Positions 47,700-57,484 are shown, counted from the stretch's first letter. The stretch is 64,000 nucleotides of DNA from a virus (IMGVR_UViG_3300049472_000073:1-64000), one strand, 5' to 3'. Translations and numbers: made by a program. The notes: generated by a model from the letters alone, not told the origin.

Positions 47700-48645
47700 C
47701 TTCTAATTCTTCCCCGTCATCAGTACTGAATGTGCCCCAAGAGTCCTTATTAGCTTTCTTGTACGCTTCGATAGCTTCTGGAGTATTAGGTAAAATAGCA
47801 TCAGATGTGATAACAAACTCACCTTCAGTAGAAGTGCTAGTTAAATGATTCTTAGCTACCTTAACTCTACACACAGTACCAAATACTACTTTACGTCCAT
47901 CTACCTTAGAAGAAAGCTCTCCACCTTCTTTAATCTGTAAGCATAGAGATAAAGGGAACCAAATCTTCTCACCACCATTAGGAATCATTGTAGCCATTCC
48001 GCCTGGGAACTCTGGTGGCTTAATATAAGCTTGCGTAAGCATAACTAGACCTACTGTATGGTCACAGTCTGTTTGTCTGGTAGAAGCGATTCTCTTCATA
48101 ATAATAGGGTTATAATACCCAATTACCGCAGCATTCTTTTGAGGACCGTATTTCTTTTTAATCTTACCAGTCTTATCAATCTCTAAAGATTCAATAGAAG
48201 GAGTAGAGGCAACAGAGTCCCAAAAGATCATAATGTCCCTTGGAAGTCTACCTGTCTTAACATCCTCAATTTTCTGAGAAATATAGTTGTATACATCCTC
48301 TAAGTACTCCAGATCCTCTCTGATAATACATCTACTTTTACTAATATCTAGACCCATACGCTCGGCTCTAGACCAGTCCATTTTATTTTCTGTAATGATA
48401 AAGATAGGAGTAATCCCCTGTTTTTGAGCTTGTACAGCCGCGTGAATCATAATACTGGTCTTACCAGAGTTACTTAATCCGTACATAGCTGTCACAGCCC
48501 CCATACGAAAACCAGGCATACCAATAGCTTCACTCAACTCCTTTTGTAAAACAACATCCACATCAGGTTTATACACGATCTCTGTGTGATCTTCATTGCT
48601 TGAATAGTTCTCTAAATCAAATTCTTCTTTTTGTTTTTTACTCAT
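47692..48645 (-). CDS. RecA/UvsX-like recombinase
   Basis: GLSNSGKTS Walker A, IFWDSVAS Walker B, IPNGGEKIWF, VKVAKN. Confidence 0.88.
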   Translation of the reverse strand: MSKKQKEEFDLENYSSNEDHTEIVYKPDVDVVLQKELSEAIGMPGFRMGAVTAMYGLSNSGKTSIMIHAAVQAQKQGITPIFIITENKMDWSRAERMGLDISKSRCIIREDLEYLEDVYNYISQKIEDVKTGRLPRDIMIFWDSVASTPSIESLEIDKTGKIKKKYGPQKNAAVIGYYNPIIMKRIASTRQTDCDHTVGLVMLTQAYIKPPEFPGGMATMIPNGGEKIWFPLSLCLQIKEGGELSSKVDGRKVVFGTVCRVKVAKNHLTSTSTEGEFVITSDAILPNTPEAIEAYKKANKDSWGTFSTDDGEELEDA

Positions 48646-49270
48646 TGTAGTACTCCCATTTAAAACCTTTATGATGTTTAAGTTTACCTTTACAGCATTG
48701 TATAATATGTCCTGAATTAAATCCAGGTATTTTACTTCCTGTAAAGATAGTTTCTTCTCCAGTTACTAAACACGTAGCCTTATATCTCTTACTCCACTCG
48801 GGCTTTCTTATCCCTTTATTAGGACTAGGACCCATTTTCATACCCTTATTCCAAGGAGTTCTTCCCATAGTGGACTTAGCTATGTTACTTCTGTAATATA
48901 CTGAACTCCCATTATTAGCTAATTTTATGTTATAGCCATGCTTATCTGTAAGAGTCTCTAATGCTATAATGGCATCAATTTCAGCCTTGTCTAAATCAGC
49001 TTTATTTGTGTAACGTCCTAAAATACAATACTCAAAATTATCTACTCCATACTTTTTTATGGCCCTAGTTAATATACTATACCTAGAAAATCTAGGATTG
49101 CAATGTTGAACGAATCTATCTTTAAATTTTTGCGTGGTCTGACCTACATATCCCTTATCGTTTTTCTTATTTCTTATCAAGTAAACTACTCCATAAATAG
49201 GGAGTTTCTTTTCTTCCTCTAACTTATGCTTATAAGCTTGTAGATCAAAGGAGCTACTCATGTGATTCAA
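48638..49270 (-). CDS. GIY-YIG homing endonuclease with NUMOD-type tail
   Basis: GVVYLIRN...GYVGQT...RFVQH; PWNKG; IIQCCKG...HKGFKWEY. Confidence 0.85.
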   Translation of the reverse strand: MNHMSSSFDLQAYKHKLEEEKKLPIYGVVYLIRNKKNDKGYVGQTTQKFKDRFVQHCNPRFSRYSILTRAIKKYGVDNFEYCILGRYTNKADLDKAEIDAIIALETLTDKHGYNIKLANNGSSVYYRSNIAKSTMGRTPWNKGMKMGPSPNKGIRKPEWSKRYKATCLVTGEETIFTGSKIPGFNSGHIIQCCKGKLKHHKGFKWEYYNE

Positions 49271-49574
49271 ATCCTCCGTTAGTACTTAGTGAAGCCTTTA
49301 GATTAGGCAACAGGTTCTTATATACTTCTAGCTCTTGAGACATCTTCTCATTAGCTTCTTTTAGATCACGTACTTGCTCTTGTAGATCTCCAAGGTACTT
49401 AATTTCTCCTAAAGCTTTGGCAAAATCAATATCTGGATTTTTAAGTAAGGGAGGAATCTTATAGGACATTCGTAACACGTAACTGTCATAGTCCTGGTTT
49501 AGAGAGACTACCCACTTGTTACCAACAAAATTCTGGAAACGATCTAAAACATTAGTTGCTAATAAAAAGCTCAT
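49254..49574 (-). CDS. hypothetical coiled-coil protein
   Basis: 106 aa. Confidence 0.6.
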   Translation of the reverse strand: MSFLLATNVLDRFQNFVGNKWVVSLNQDYDSYVLRMSYKIPPLLKNPDIDFAKALGEIKYLGDLQEQVRDLKEANEKMSQELEVYKNLLPNLKASLSTNGGFESHE

Positions 49575-49723
49575 TTTGAACTCCTACACTCCATTAGTTT
49601 ATCTCCTAGGAAAATATTCTGGTTAATTACCTTTACAAAGTTCTTATCAATCTGACTGAGCCTAGAGTTTATATACAACATAAACCCCGACACTAATATT
49701 ACATTAATTAGAAACAGTTTCAT
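49571..49723 (-). CDS. small signal-anchor protein (50 aa, not in ORF track)
   Basis: MKLFLINVILVSGFMLY...; ATGA overlap with 49574. Confidence 0.5.
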   Translation of the reverse strand: MKLFLINVILVSGFMLYINSRLSQIDKNFVKVINQNIFLGDKLMECRSSK

Positions 49724-49925
49724 TCTTCCTTCTTTCTTCGCTGTCTAATTCCCATTTTATCATTGTAATTGGGAAAATGAGTCCTAAACCTATACCAACA
49801 ACCCAAGCAGCAATTTCTCTGTAGAACATAACACCTACAACAATAAGAGATAGCACTATTAGAAAACTTACCCAAAGTACTGTCGCCCTAATTAAGTTTT
49901 TCATTTTACTTCCTCTAATTCCCAT
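49704..49925 (-). CDS. small two-TM membrane protein
   Basis: Two hydrophobic helices. Confidence 0.6.
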   Translation of the reverse strand: MGIRGSKMKNLIRATVLWVSFLIVLSLIVVGVMFYREIAAWVVGIGLGLIFPITMIKWELDSEERRKNETVSN

Positions 49926-50287
49926 TTAATTATGTTACTCATTGACATTTGTGATCCATCCGCAGCAATAAAGTATCTCCAGTAAGCCATGTTTTCCCTA
50001 GCCCTGTTCTCGGATAACCCATCTACTCCAGAATAGGGGTATGTACTATGAGGTATAGGAGCCGATCTGATAATATCATGTTCCCCAAACCAATTATAGT
50101 GAGCTACTATACGGTATATAGCTGCGTTCTTTTTAAGCTCCTCGTACTCAGCTTCTAGCTTCTTATTTTGCTTATTAGAACGCACACCGTTTATTTTATT
50201 GTCTATCATTTGTACTAAACCAAAAATAGCCATTAGCAATAGTAACAGTACTAAAGCTATACAACAAAAAATCAACATTTCTGTCAT
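49901..50287 (-). CDS. membrane-anchored hypothetical protein
   Basis: N-terminal TM helix. Confidence 0.6.
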   Translation of the reverse strand: MTEMLIFCCIALVLLLLLMAIFGLVQMIDNKINGVRSNKQNKKLEAEYEELKKNAAIYRIVAHYNWFGEHDIIRSAPIPHSTYPYSGVDGLSENRARENMAYWRYFIAADGSQMSMSNIIKWELEEVK

Positions 50288-51174
50288 AATCTCCCCAATC
50301 TATAAGTAAGTTCCTTGAACTCCTCATTAGAACAGCCAATATTTAAACGGATAATATCATCTGACACACCCATTGCTGATCCCCTTAATCCAATTATATC
50401 ACTACTCTCAAAGCTCTGTCCAGCATCATTATACAAAGCAAACATGCCCTCAGAATTATTAGGCTTTATATTCAAGCTCTCAAGTTCTAACCATCTCTCA
50501 TTTAAAATATTCTTAGCTTTTAGGTAGTATTGTCCATAATGACTAATACCGTTATATGCCATTACCTGACCGTCTACACTGACTCCACTAGTAACAAGCT
50601 CTACGTAATCACGTAACTGTTTAGCCTTCTCAGGTTTACGCACTAATGCCCATCCTACACGACTAGCAGCCAGTCCTGTGAGTTTTGCCAGACTAAATAA
50701 GAATACCTCACCAGTGAGTGCTTTAAACTCACTATGACGGTAATACATAGGCCAGTGATAGCAAGCGTCTACGACATTAGTATAATAATTATAATAAGGC
50801 AATAGAAAATCTGGGTTGTTAGGGTAAACGGTAAAATTAAAAGATTCAGGATCAGTTCTCCCATAAAACGAAACTTTTCTAGCATCGGCTATCCCCTTAA
50901 ATCTGCTCCAGTAAGGAGCGTACATCTCTAAGTATTTATGTGTTGGTATTAGTGCATCTAGTAACTGGGTAGCGCCATTAGCTACCACTACTTCATAAGA
51001 ATCTACGTCAGCTATGTTCCCTACTTGTTTATGTAGCTTTCTAATGGCTCCTTCTAGGAAACCTTTAATCTTTGTGTCATAGCGGTACTTATCCACCATA
51101 GGTGGGTGAAAGTGAGTAGGAGTATAGATGTCTTGTAGGAACCCAGGATTACCTACTGATAAGTCAAGTTTCAT
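50284..51174 (-). CDS. PLP-dependent aminotransferase/C-S lyase resembling alliinase/TAA1 family
   Basis: VVANGATQL, PYWS, YPNNPD, DACYHWP, FSLAKLTG (PLP Lys), SRVGWALV, SGVSVDGQ. Confidence 0.85.
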   Translation of the reverse strand: MKLDLSVGNPGFLQDIYTPTHFHPPMVDKYRYDTKIKGFLEGAIRKLHKQVGNIADVDSYEVVVANGATQLLDALIPTHKYLEMYAPYWSRFKGIADARKVSFYGRTDPESFNFTVYPNNPDFLLPYYNYYTNVVDACYHWPMYYRHSEFKALTGEVFLFSLAKLTGLAASRVGWALVRKPEKAKQLRDYVELVTSGVSVDGQVMAYNGISHYGQYYLKAKNILNERWLELESLNIKPNNSEGMFALYNDAGQSFESSDIIGLRGSAMGVSDDIIRLNIGCSNEEFKELTYRLGRL

Positions 51175-51658
51175 AAGTTTCCTTTATCTTACGTAACTCT
51201 TCTAGTTGACCTGAGAGTCTACTCAACCCATTAGTACTAATTATTTGCATTAGTTCTGGAAGCTCTTTAGGTGAATGGTCTACGGCCCATTTAATTCTAT
51301 TTTTAGCCCATATTATGTTTTCTTGTAGCTGCCTATCATAAGCATTTTTAGGAGAGTCCACTATAGGCCAATGAACACAACCCATACCATAGTCATCTAC
51401 AAAATATCTAAGTCCATTTATAGTAAGTATACTCTTTTTATCTATGTTTTTCTCTACTACCTCTCCAGATTTTAGTAGAAAAACTTTTTGAGTATCATTT
51501 TTGTCCTCTATTCCGTAGTCCCTGTAATATGTCAAAGAGTATACAGGATTAAATCCCTCATAATACTTATCTTCTAGTTCTTTAGCATCTTGACCATAAA
51601 TCCATTGAAGAGTTCCTGGATGCTGAATTACATACCCCTTAGCTTCTTTAGTGCTCAT
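51164..51658 (-). CDS. hypothetical protein
   Basis: 164 aa. Confidence 0.65.
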   Translation of the reverse strand: MSTKEAKGYVIQHPGTLQWIYGQDAKELEDKYYEGFNPVYSLTYYRDYGIEDKNDTQKVFLLKSGEVVEKNIDKKSILTINGLRYFVDDYGMGCVHWPIVDSPKNAYDRQLQENIIWAKNRIKWAVDHSPKELPELMQIISTNGLSRLSGQLEELRKIKETYET

Positions 51659-51681
51659 TTAACTTTCTCCTCTGTACCCAA

Positions 51682-51849
51682 TCACTTACATTTCTCCAGT
51701 TCCTTCATCAACTCATCAGCCTGTCTTTGTGAGTTACTTAACTTACTCTGTAAATTATCTATTTTACTGAACATAATAAGAAAGTGAGTAAAGTACATAG
51801 CTAATATAGCTAGAGTACCTAGAAATATAGAACGTCCTAGTAGTCTCAT
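51682..51849 (-). CDS. small signal-anchor protein (55 aa, not in ORF track)
   Basis: MRLLGRSIFLGTLAILAMYF... TM plus coiled coil; ATGA overlap. Confidence 0.55.
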   Translation of the reverse strand: MRLLGRSIFLGTLAILAMYFTHFLIMFSKIDNLQSKLSNSQRQADELMKELEKCK

Positions 51850-52268
51850 AGTCCAGTCTTTCTTAGCCTAGTTAGAAGAGCTTCGGCTTGTTCTACTGCA
51901 ATATCCGCAATATCATGTCTACTAGGAGCATTACTTCCTATATATCGGCTATTTCCTTTAAATGCTAGTAGTCCTTGCATAGCTGCCATAGCAAATTGTT
52001 CACGTTTAGTCAGCGTATTAGTCTCTACTGGAACTACTCCTTTTACAGCCTGTATAGGAGCTGTACGCTTAAGGTATTCTTCTATATCATCAATTATTTG
52101 CTTGATTGGTTTATTTCTAGTAATTCCCCATTTAATTCCTAAATCATCGTTATGATAGGTAGTATTGTTATCGTTGTATACAAGCTCTCCACCTCTAAAA
52201 TAGTATTGTAAAGCTAGTGCGCTATCAGTCTCTATCAAAAATTGTAAATATTCTTCATCAGTTGTCAT
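51846..52268 (-). CDS. hypothetical protein
   Basis: C-terminal LTKREQFAMAAMQGLL...AVEQAEALL domain common in phages. Confidence 0.7.
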   Translation of the reverse strand: MTTDEEYLQFLIETDSALALQYYFRGGELVYNDNNTTYHNDDLGIKWGITRNKPIKQIIDDIEEYLKRTAPIQAVKGVVPVETNTLTKREQFAMAAMQGLLAFKGNSRYIGSNAPSRHDIADIAVEQAEALLTRLRKTGL

Positions 52269-54427
52269 TTTGCATCACTCCATTTCGTTACCATTTTTGG
52301 TTCAGCAATCATAGGTACAGCTAGTTTCTGAGTTATCTCATTACTCTCCATACACTCTTGTAGTATCTTAGCACACCTATCCGCCTGGTCAAGTGGAGAA
52401 ATTACAGAGATCTGGTCATGAACCTGTGCCCATATCTTAGCGTCTAGTCCTTCTTCACGCACTCTACGGTGAAAGTCAATCATAGCTCTATTTACAATAG
52501 AAGCTGCAAGTGATTGAATTTGAAAGTTATATGCGTTTCTTTCTTCATTACCTAGAGTCTTGTATACTTCTCTACTATCTTTCATACCAGTGAGACGTTC
52601 AATCTTTCTCATGTTATTTTTTAAGTCCCAAGGCATGAACTCTTTAATGCCACTAGAATGTAACTTAAAGGTAATCTCAGCTCGTTTACGTCTACCTACT
52701 ATGTTCTCTACATAACCTAGTCTCTTTAGTTTCTTCTTGGTATCCTTGTGGTACTTAAGTAAGTTAGGATACGCTTTAAAGTACCTATCTTTTAATTCCT
52801 TGGCCTCTTCTTCTTCAATGCCCATCATCTTAGCAAGCTTAAACTCTGTCATGCCATAAGCAAACCCTAATGCCCACCCTTTTACAGATTGACGTAACTT
52901 AGGGGCCACATCCTTTAAGAAATTGGGATCACCTTCTTTAGCGGAGTACTCATTAGCTTGCATTACTGTAATATAGACCTGTGAATAGAAATCTAGGTCA
53001 TCATGATAAATCTGTTGAATAGTAGGCTCATCAGCAATAATACTAAAGGAACGCGGCTCCAAGCTGCTATAGTCAGCATCAATAATAATATGGTCATTAT
53101 CAGGTATAACACCTTTACGAATACGCATATCCCCAGCAGGTAGGTTTTGAAAGTTAGGATTAGCGGAGCTGTATCTACCAGAGGTAGTACCAGTTTGTTT
53201 AAAGTCAGGGTATAGTCTGCCATCTATTTGACGCTCTAGAAACGGCTCTACATACGTAGACAGTAATTTGATCTCTTTCTTACGCTGTAGTAGTAATTTA
53301 ATAATGGGACTGGACTCTTCATAGTTCTTACCGATCTCATCCAGTACTGCGGCTGTTACAGATCTCTTACCAGAGTCAGTAGTCTTCTCACAAGGGATGC
53401 CAAGCACATCATACATTAAGTACGCTAGGTCATCATTACTATCAATGTTGAAAATCTTAGTAATGTCGTTCTTTTTCCTAAACCACTTACGAGCTATGTC
53501 TTTACTTCCAGGGCTATCTAACTCCAGAGACTCTCCAGCCTCTAGAAGTAGCTTGCCTAACTCACTACGCTCAGTAATCTTAGTTTTCTTCTTTATACGG
53601 TCTATCTCATAATTAACCAGGGCATCCCCCGATTCAATAGCGGAATAGATCTCGTCTTCTAATCTTTGTATAAGTTCTTTTACCTCTACTCTTAGTTTCT
53701 CAAAGTAAGGTACGTCAATAGCAATACCAGTAGTATTTAGCTCGTAGCTAACAGGTAGCAGGGCCATTACCTCATTATTCCATAGATTAAGTAGATTACC
53801 TTCTAGCTTTGGAAATAGTACCTCAAATAGGCCAAACGTGTATAAGGTATCGTATACAGCATAAGTTCCTAAGATCTTATAATCACACTTGTAGAAGTCG
53901 AATTGTTTCTGTGATGTAGAGCCACCATTGGCCTTTACAGACTCTTTTACTTCATCTTTAGGTGATAGAGCATCTGGGTCTAATAACTCACCAGCAAGCT
54001 CCTTAAGTCCCATAGGACCCTCTTCATTGTGTACTGTATGGGCTAGTAACATTGTGTCACAGAATACGTATTCACAGATATTAACCCCTAGCCAGTTATT
54101 AATGACTTTGATATCAAATACGGCATTGTGAGCAATTAGATTCTTTTTAGAGGTTAATAATTTATAACAGAAGTCTTTAACCTTTTGTACTGATTCTGGT
54201 GTCTTCCAAGGTGAGACTAGAGCATTGTCTTTCCAAATGCGTAAAGGGATATAAATCCCTTCTTCTGTGTTAGGTGAAAATGAAATGCCAATAGGGTTAA
54301 CAAAACGGCCTAAGCCATCTGTTTCAGTATCAAACGCAATATATTCAGCTTGTAAATAATAATCAAGTAACTCGTCTAGCCTATTGCTATTCGTTACTAT
54401 CTCTATTGACTTTTCCTTGCTCCACAT
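52265..54427 (-). CDS. polA: DNA polymerase family A with 3'-5' exonuclease
   Basis: FDTET, HNAVFD, YAVYD exo motifs; TTSGRYSSANPNFQN, DYSSLEPR, RQSVKGWALGFAYG, QVHD. Confidence 0.95.
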   Translation of the reverse strand: MWSKEKSIEIVTNSNRLDELLDYYLQAEYIAFDTETDGLGRFVNPIGISFSPNTEEGIYIPLRIWKDNALVSPWKTPESVQKVKDFCYKLLTSKKNLIAHNAVFDIKVINNWLGVNICEYVFCDTMLLAHTVHNEEGPMGLKELAGELLDPDALSPKDEVKESVKANGGSTSQKQFDFYKCDYKILGTYAVYDTLYTFGLFEVLFPKLEGNLLNLWNNEVMALLPVSYELNTTGIAIDVPYFEKLRVEVKELIQRLEDEIYSAIESGDALVNYEIDRIKKKTKITERSELGKLLLEAGESLELDSPGSKDIARKWFRKKNDITKIFNIDSNDDLAYLMYDVLGIPCEKTTDSGKRSVTAAVLDEIGKNYEESSPIIKLLLQRKKEIKLLSTYVEPFLERQIDGRLYPDFKQTGTTSGRYSSANPNFQNLPAGDMRIRKGVIPDNDHIIIDADYSSLEPRSFSIIADEPTIQQIYHDDLDFYSQVYITVMQANEYSAKEGDPNFLKDVAPKLRQSVKGWALGFAYGMTEFKLAKMMGIEEEEAKELKDRYFKAYPNLLKYHKDTKKKLKRLGYVENIVGRRKRAEITFKLHSSGIKEFMPWDLKNNMRKIERLTGMKDSREVYKTLGNEERNAYNFQIQSLAASIVNRAMIDFHRRVREEGLDAKIWAQVHDQISVISPLDQADRCAKILQECMESNEITQKLAVPMIAEPKMVTKWSDAK

Positions 54428-54749
54428 TGTTTAACCCCTTATTTAGCTCTTGCTCTCTGGCTACCAATAATACTCTTCTTCTGTGTACTTCGTCCAGTAT
54501 TTTCTTATTTAGTGCCCTAGACTTAGGGCCAGTAAAGCACAGTCTTACTACTGTAAGATGTGTAAATGCCGCTAACAAACCTAATAGAATATTAATACTG
54601 CCTAGTATGCTTCCTATTAACATTCCAGGAAATACAGTTATTAAAAAACTAGTCAGCAGCCATCCTGTTATTTCTTTTCTATGTTCTTTCATAACCTGTG
54701 AGACTAGTTCTTCTTCTTCTCTAGCTAGCTTCTCTAACTCGTTTTGCAT
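54387..54749 (-). CDS. two-TM membrane protein
   Basis: Hydrophobic segments at about aa 30-70. Confidence 0.6.
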   Translation of the reverse strand: MQNELEKLAREEEELVSQVMKEHRKEITGWLLTSFLITVFPGMLIGSILGSINILLGLLAAFTHLTVVRLCFTGPKSRALNKKILDEVHRRRVLLVAREQELNKGLNNVEQGKVNRDSNE

Positions 54750-55042
54750 TAGTTCAGTACTCCTCTATCAATAGGACCTTCATCCCCAGTATCGTTCTCA
54801 TCAGCCATACCAATGTCTTCTACGATGTTCATAGAGATAGCGTACATGCCAATAAGCTTTTTACCCTTCTTATCTCCTAGAATAACAAAATTGTCATCAC
54901 TGTCAACAAAAAACCCTTGATGGGCCACAGGAGAAGGTACTGATGATACGTGACCATCTTCTTCAACCTGCATAGTTCCCATCTTGGTAGAATAAATACG
55001 CACAAATTTACCCTTAAACACCTTATTCAACGCTGCACTCAT
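54749..55042 (-). CDS. putative Sm/LSm-like fold protein
   Basis: FKGKFVRIY...GFFVDSDDNFVILGD (Sm1-like), IGMYAISMNIVEDI (Sm2-like); start 55042 with GGTGAGG SD. Confidence 0.5.
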   Translation of the reverse strand: MSAALNKVFKGKFVRIYSTKMGTMQVEEDGHVSSVPSPVAHQGFFVDSDDNFVILGDKKGKKLIGMYAISMNIVEDIGMADENDTGDEGPIDRGVLN

Positions 55043-55049
55043 ATTAACC

Positions 55050-56972
55050 TCACCAATCGTCGTTATTTTTAGCTTTTTTATCTTTCTTAGCATCCCTTAA
55101 GTCTTCTAATGCTTCTTGTTCGATATAAGATAGAGGCTTAACTTTACCAGTTACACCTTCCCAACCGAAGTCAAGAGAGAATAGTCCACCTAGGGTATTC
55201 TTTAAGCAGTTAATCGTAATAAACTTATCATTCTGTGGGGTATCTGGGCTAAACCCTTCTCTGTATACACCAAAAATAGTTCTAAAGTTCTGTTCTAACA
55301 CAGAAGCTCCCTTTACTTGTCTCATTGAGTACAAAGGAGTAGAGGCATCACCAGCACTCTTAGGAGGCTGTACAAGGACCACCACACACGCTTCTAGATC
55401 AGTAGATAAATCCTTTAGCTGAGTAGCTAAGAAGGCACCATTGGCCGTAGGATCACTATAAGGGCCTACTAATAGCTCTAAGTAGTCAATCACTACTAGT
55501 TTGATTTTTTCACCTAGTTGTTCTTGTCTTTTTAGTACTTGTTGCTTAATGTCTTCTACTGTAGTACCTGATCTAAACCAGAAGTCTACATTCTTAAATT
55601 CTCCAGCTAATTTAGCATCCCATTCACGATAATGGTCCTTATCTTGCTTATAAGTCTCGATTACGTCTTCAAACTTGTGTCCACTGAGTCGGCTAATAAG
55701 ACGAGCATATACTAATGGCCATCCCATGTCTAGTGAACAAAATACTGATCTAGTACCAGCTAATGAAGTGTTATGTAGCATGTTAAACGCTAGGGCAGTC
55801 TTAGCAGATCCTGGTGCCCCTAAAATTCCAGTGAGCATAGAGGTAGTAAGCACGATCTTTTCGTCTAATGCTTGTATACCTGTATATACCCTGTTCTTTT
55901 CAATATTCACAGCAAAGTCTTTAAACTTGCTGGATAGGTCTTCAATTTTAATTAAGTCAGTATTGTCTTTTTTCTTACACGCATCTTTACTAGGGCAGAT
56001 CTCTTGTAAGAACTCATGGTCTTTACAAGCATACGTTTTACCCTGCCATGTCGGACTGTATACAACTCTAATGATGTTGTTCCAGATCTCATCTTTATCA
56101 AACGGTTCATCACCTGTACGTCTAGCTTGTAACTCAGCCGCACCTTTTAGCATCCTATATGCTACTTCTTTTGGTAGTCCTTGAGCTGAAATAGAAGCAC
56201 ATAAAGACATAAGTGCGTTACTTCTGTTACCTGATTTAAAGTATCCATTTAGAATAGCTTCTCTACAAGGTGGGAGCCACTTAACTTTAAGTACTAGATC
56301 TTTTACGTCATTACTAAGCTCTGCATTTTTATTTACTACAGGAGCTTCCTCAGACTTAGGCTTAAGATCACTTGGTAACTCAACTGATAGAGTCTTCCAC
56401 TCTACAGCGTTATCAAGATCCTGAGCAATAGTCTTAATAGTAGCTGAGTCAGTCTCAGCCAATGTCTCAATAGAGATAGGTAACTTAAACAGCCCACTAC
56501 TAGGGTGTCTAGTATATGGTGCTCTGAATAGACGGTTCTCATTATAGATAACCGTATCCCAAGTATTACAGTCACCTGCTAATTGCTTAGCAATGCTTTT
56601 AATATCTTGGGAGGTATATGAGTTAGAGAGTCTAGTTTCAAGGCTAAATCCTTTGTTACCGCTAAAACATATATTAATCTGCTCATTGGTAAAACCGTAT
56701 TGGATAAGTCTATTATATACCGTAAGGGCATCATCCTTAGCAAGATCAATATTTTCCTTACTATCGAAGTCAAATACGAGTTTATCTGTAACTAGCCCTG
56801 TAAAGCCAGCTACAGACTTCTTCTTTTGAAACTCACTAAAGTGTAGATCATTATACAAGAACAGAGATACATACCAGTCAGTATCAGTGCTGTTAATAAC
56901 ATTAGTCAGCTCTGCTTCTGGAACCAGAATACCTTTATCTTTAATACCCTTACAAATACGAATGTACTTCAT
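55050..56972 (-). CDS. primase-helicase (AEP primase plus DnaB-like helicase)
   Basis: LVFDFD, FSGNKGF, RLFRAPYT, RSNALM PriCT; GAPGSAKT, VIDYLE, VLVQP, QVKGAS, KN. Confidence 0.88.
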   Translation of the reverse strand: MKYIRICKGIKDKGILVPEAELTNVINSTDTDWYVSLFLYNDLHFSEFQKKKSVAGFTGLVTDKLVFDFDSKENIDLAKDDALTVYNRLIQYGFTNEQINICFSGNKGFSLETRLSNSYTSQDIKSIAKQLAGDCNTWDTVIYNENRLFRAPYTRHPSSGLFKLPISIETLAETDSATIKTIAQDLDNAVEWKTLSVELPSDLKPKSEEAPVVNKNAELSNDVKDLVLKVKWLPPCREAILNGYFKSGNRSNALMSLCASISAQGLPKEVAYRMLKGAAELQARRTGDEPFDKDEIWNNIIRVVYSPTWQGKTYACKDHEFLQEICPSKDACKKKDNTDLIKIEDLSSKFKDFAVNIEKNRVYTGIQALDEKIVLTTSMLTGILGAPGSAKTALAFNMLHNTSLAGTRSVFCSLDMGWPLVYARLISRLSGHKFEDVIETYKQDKDHYREWDAKLAGEFKNVDFWFRSGTTVEDIKQQVLKRQEQLGEKIKLVVIDYLELLVGPYSDPTANGAFLATQLKDLSTDLEACVVVLVQPPKSAGDASTPLYSMRQVKGASVLEQNFRTIFGVYREGFSPDTPQNDKFITINCLKNTLGGLFSLDFGWEGVTGKVKPLSYIEQEALEDLRDAKKDKKAKNNDDW

Positions 56973-57484
56973 TACCCATCTCCTTCAATTATATTCAGCT
57001 TAGCAAACTCTCCGAACAATTCCAATGCTTTTTTATTATACGCTCTAGCAGCGTCTTCTTCTACTGAAAAACTACCTAAGCCATACTTAATACCACTATG
57101 CTTTATTAATCCTACCCACTTAGTATTAGTGGAGTTTCTATAGACCCCTTTATATTTAGAAGTCTTTTTTCTTTTTTGTATGCTCTGATTTTGAGCATTT
57201 CCTTTTGCAGTACATAATCGTAAATTCTCTCTAGTGTTATCTAGAGTATTGCCATTAATGTGATCTACAAACATTCCTTTAGGGGCATCCATAATAAATC
57301 TATGTAAAGCTGTGTTGTAATAACCTCCACCTGGTTTCTTTATAGTCATCATGACATAAAAAGTCCCCATAGAATTTATGCTTACGCATAGTGCGTGTGG
57401 AAGCACTCTATCATAGTCTTCATCTGACACATAAGTATCAATGTACCCATGTGTCTTAGAAGTAATTGTAATTGGATTACTCAT
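56972..57484 (-). CDS. HNH-AP2 homing endonuclease
   Basis: LHRFIM...VDHINGNTLDNTRENLR; SKYKGVY...GSFSVEEDAARAYN. Confidence 0.9.
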   Translation of the reverse strand: MSNPITITSKTHGYIDTYVSDEDYDRVLPHALCVSINSMGTFYVMMTIKKPGGGYYNTALHRFIMDAPKGMFVDHINGNTLDNTRENLRLCTAKGNAQNQSIQKRKKTSKYKGVYRNSTNTKWVGLIKHSGIKYGLGSFSVEEDAARAYNKKALELFGEFAKLNIIEGDG

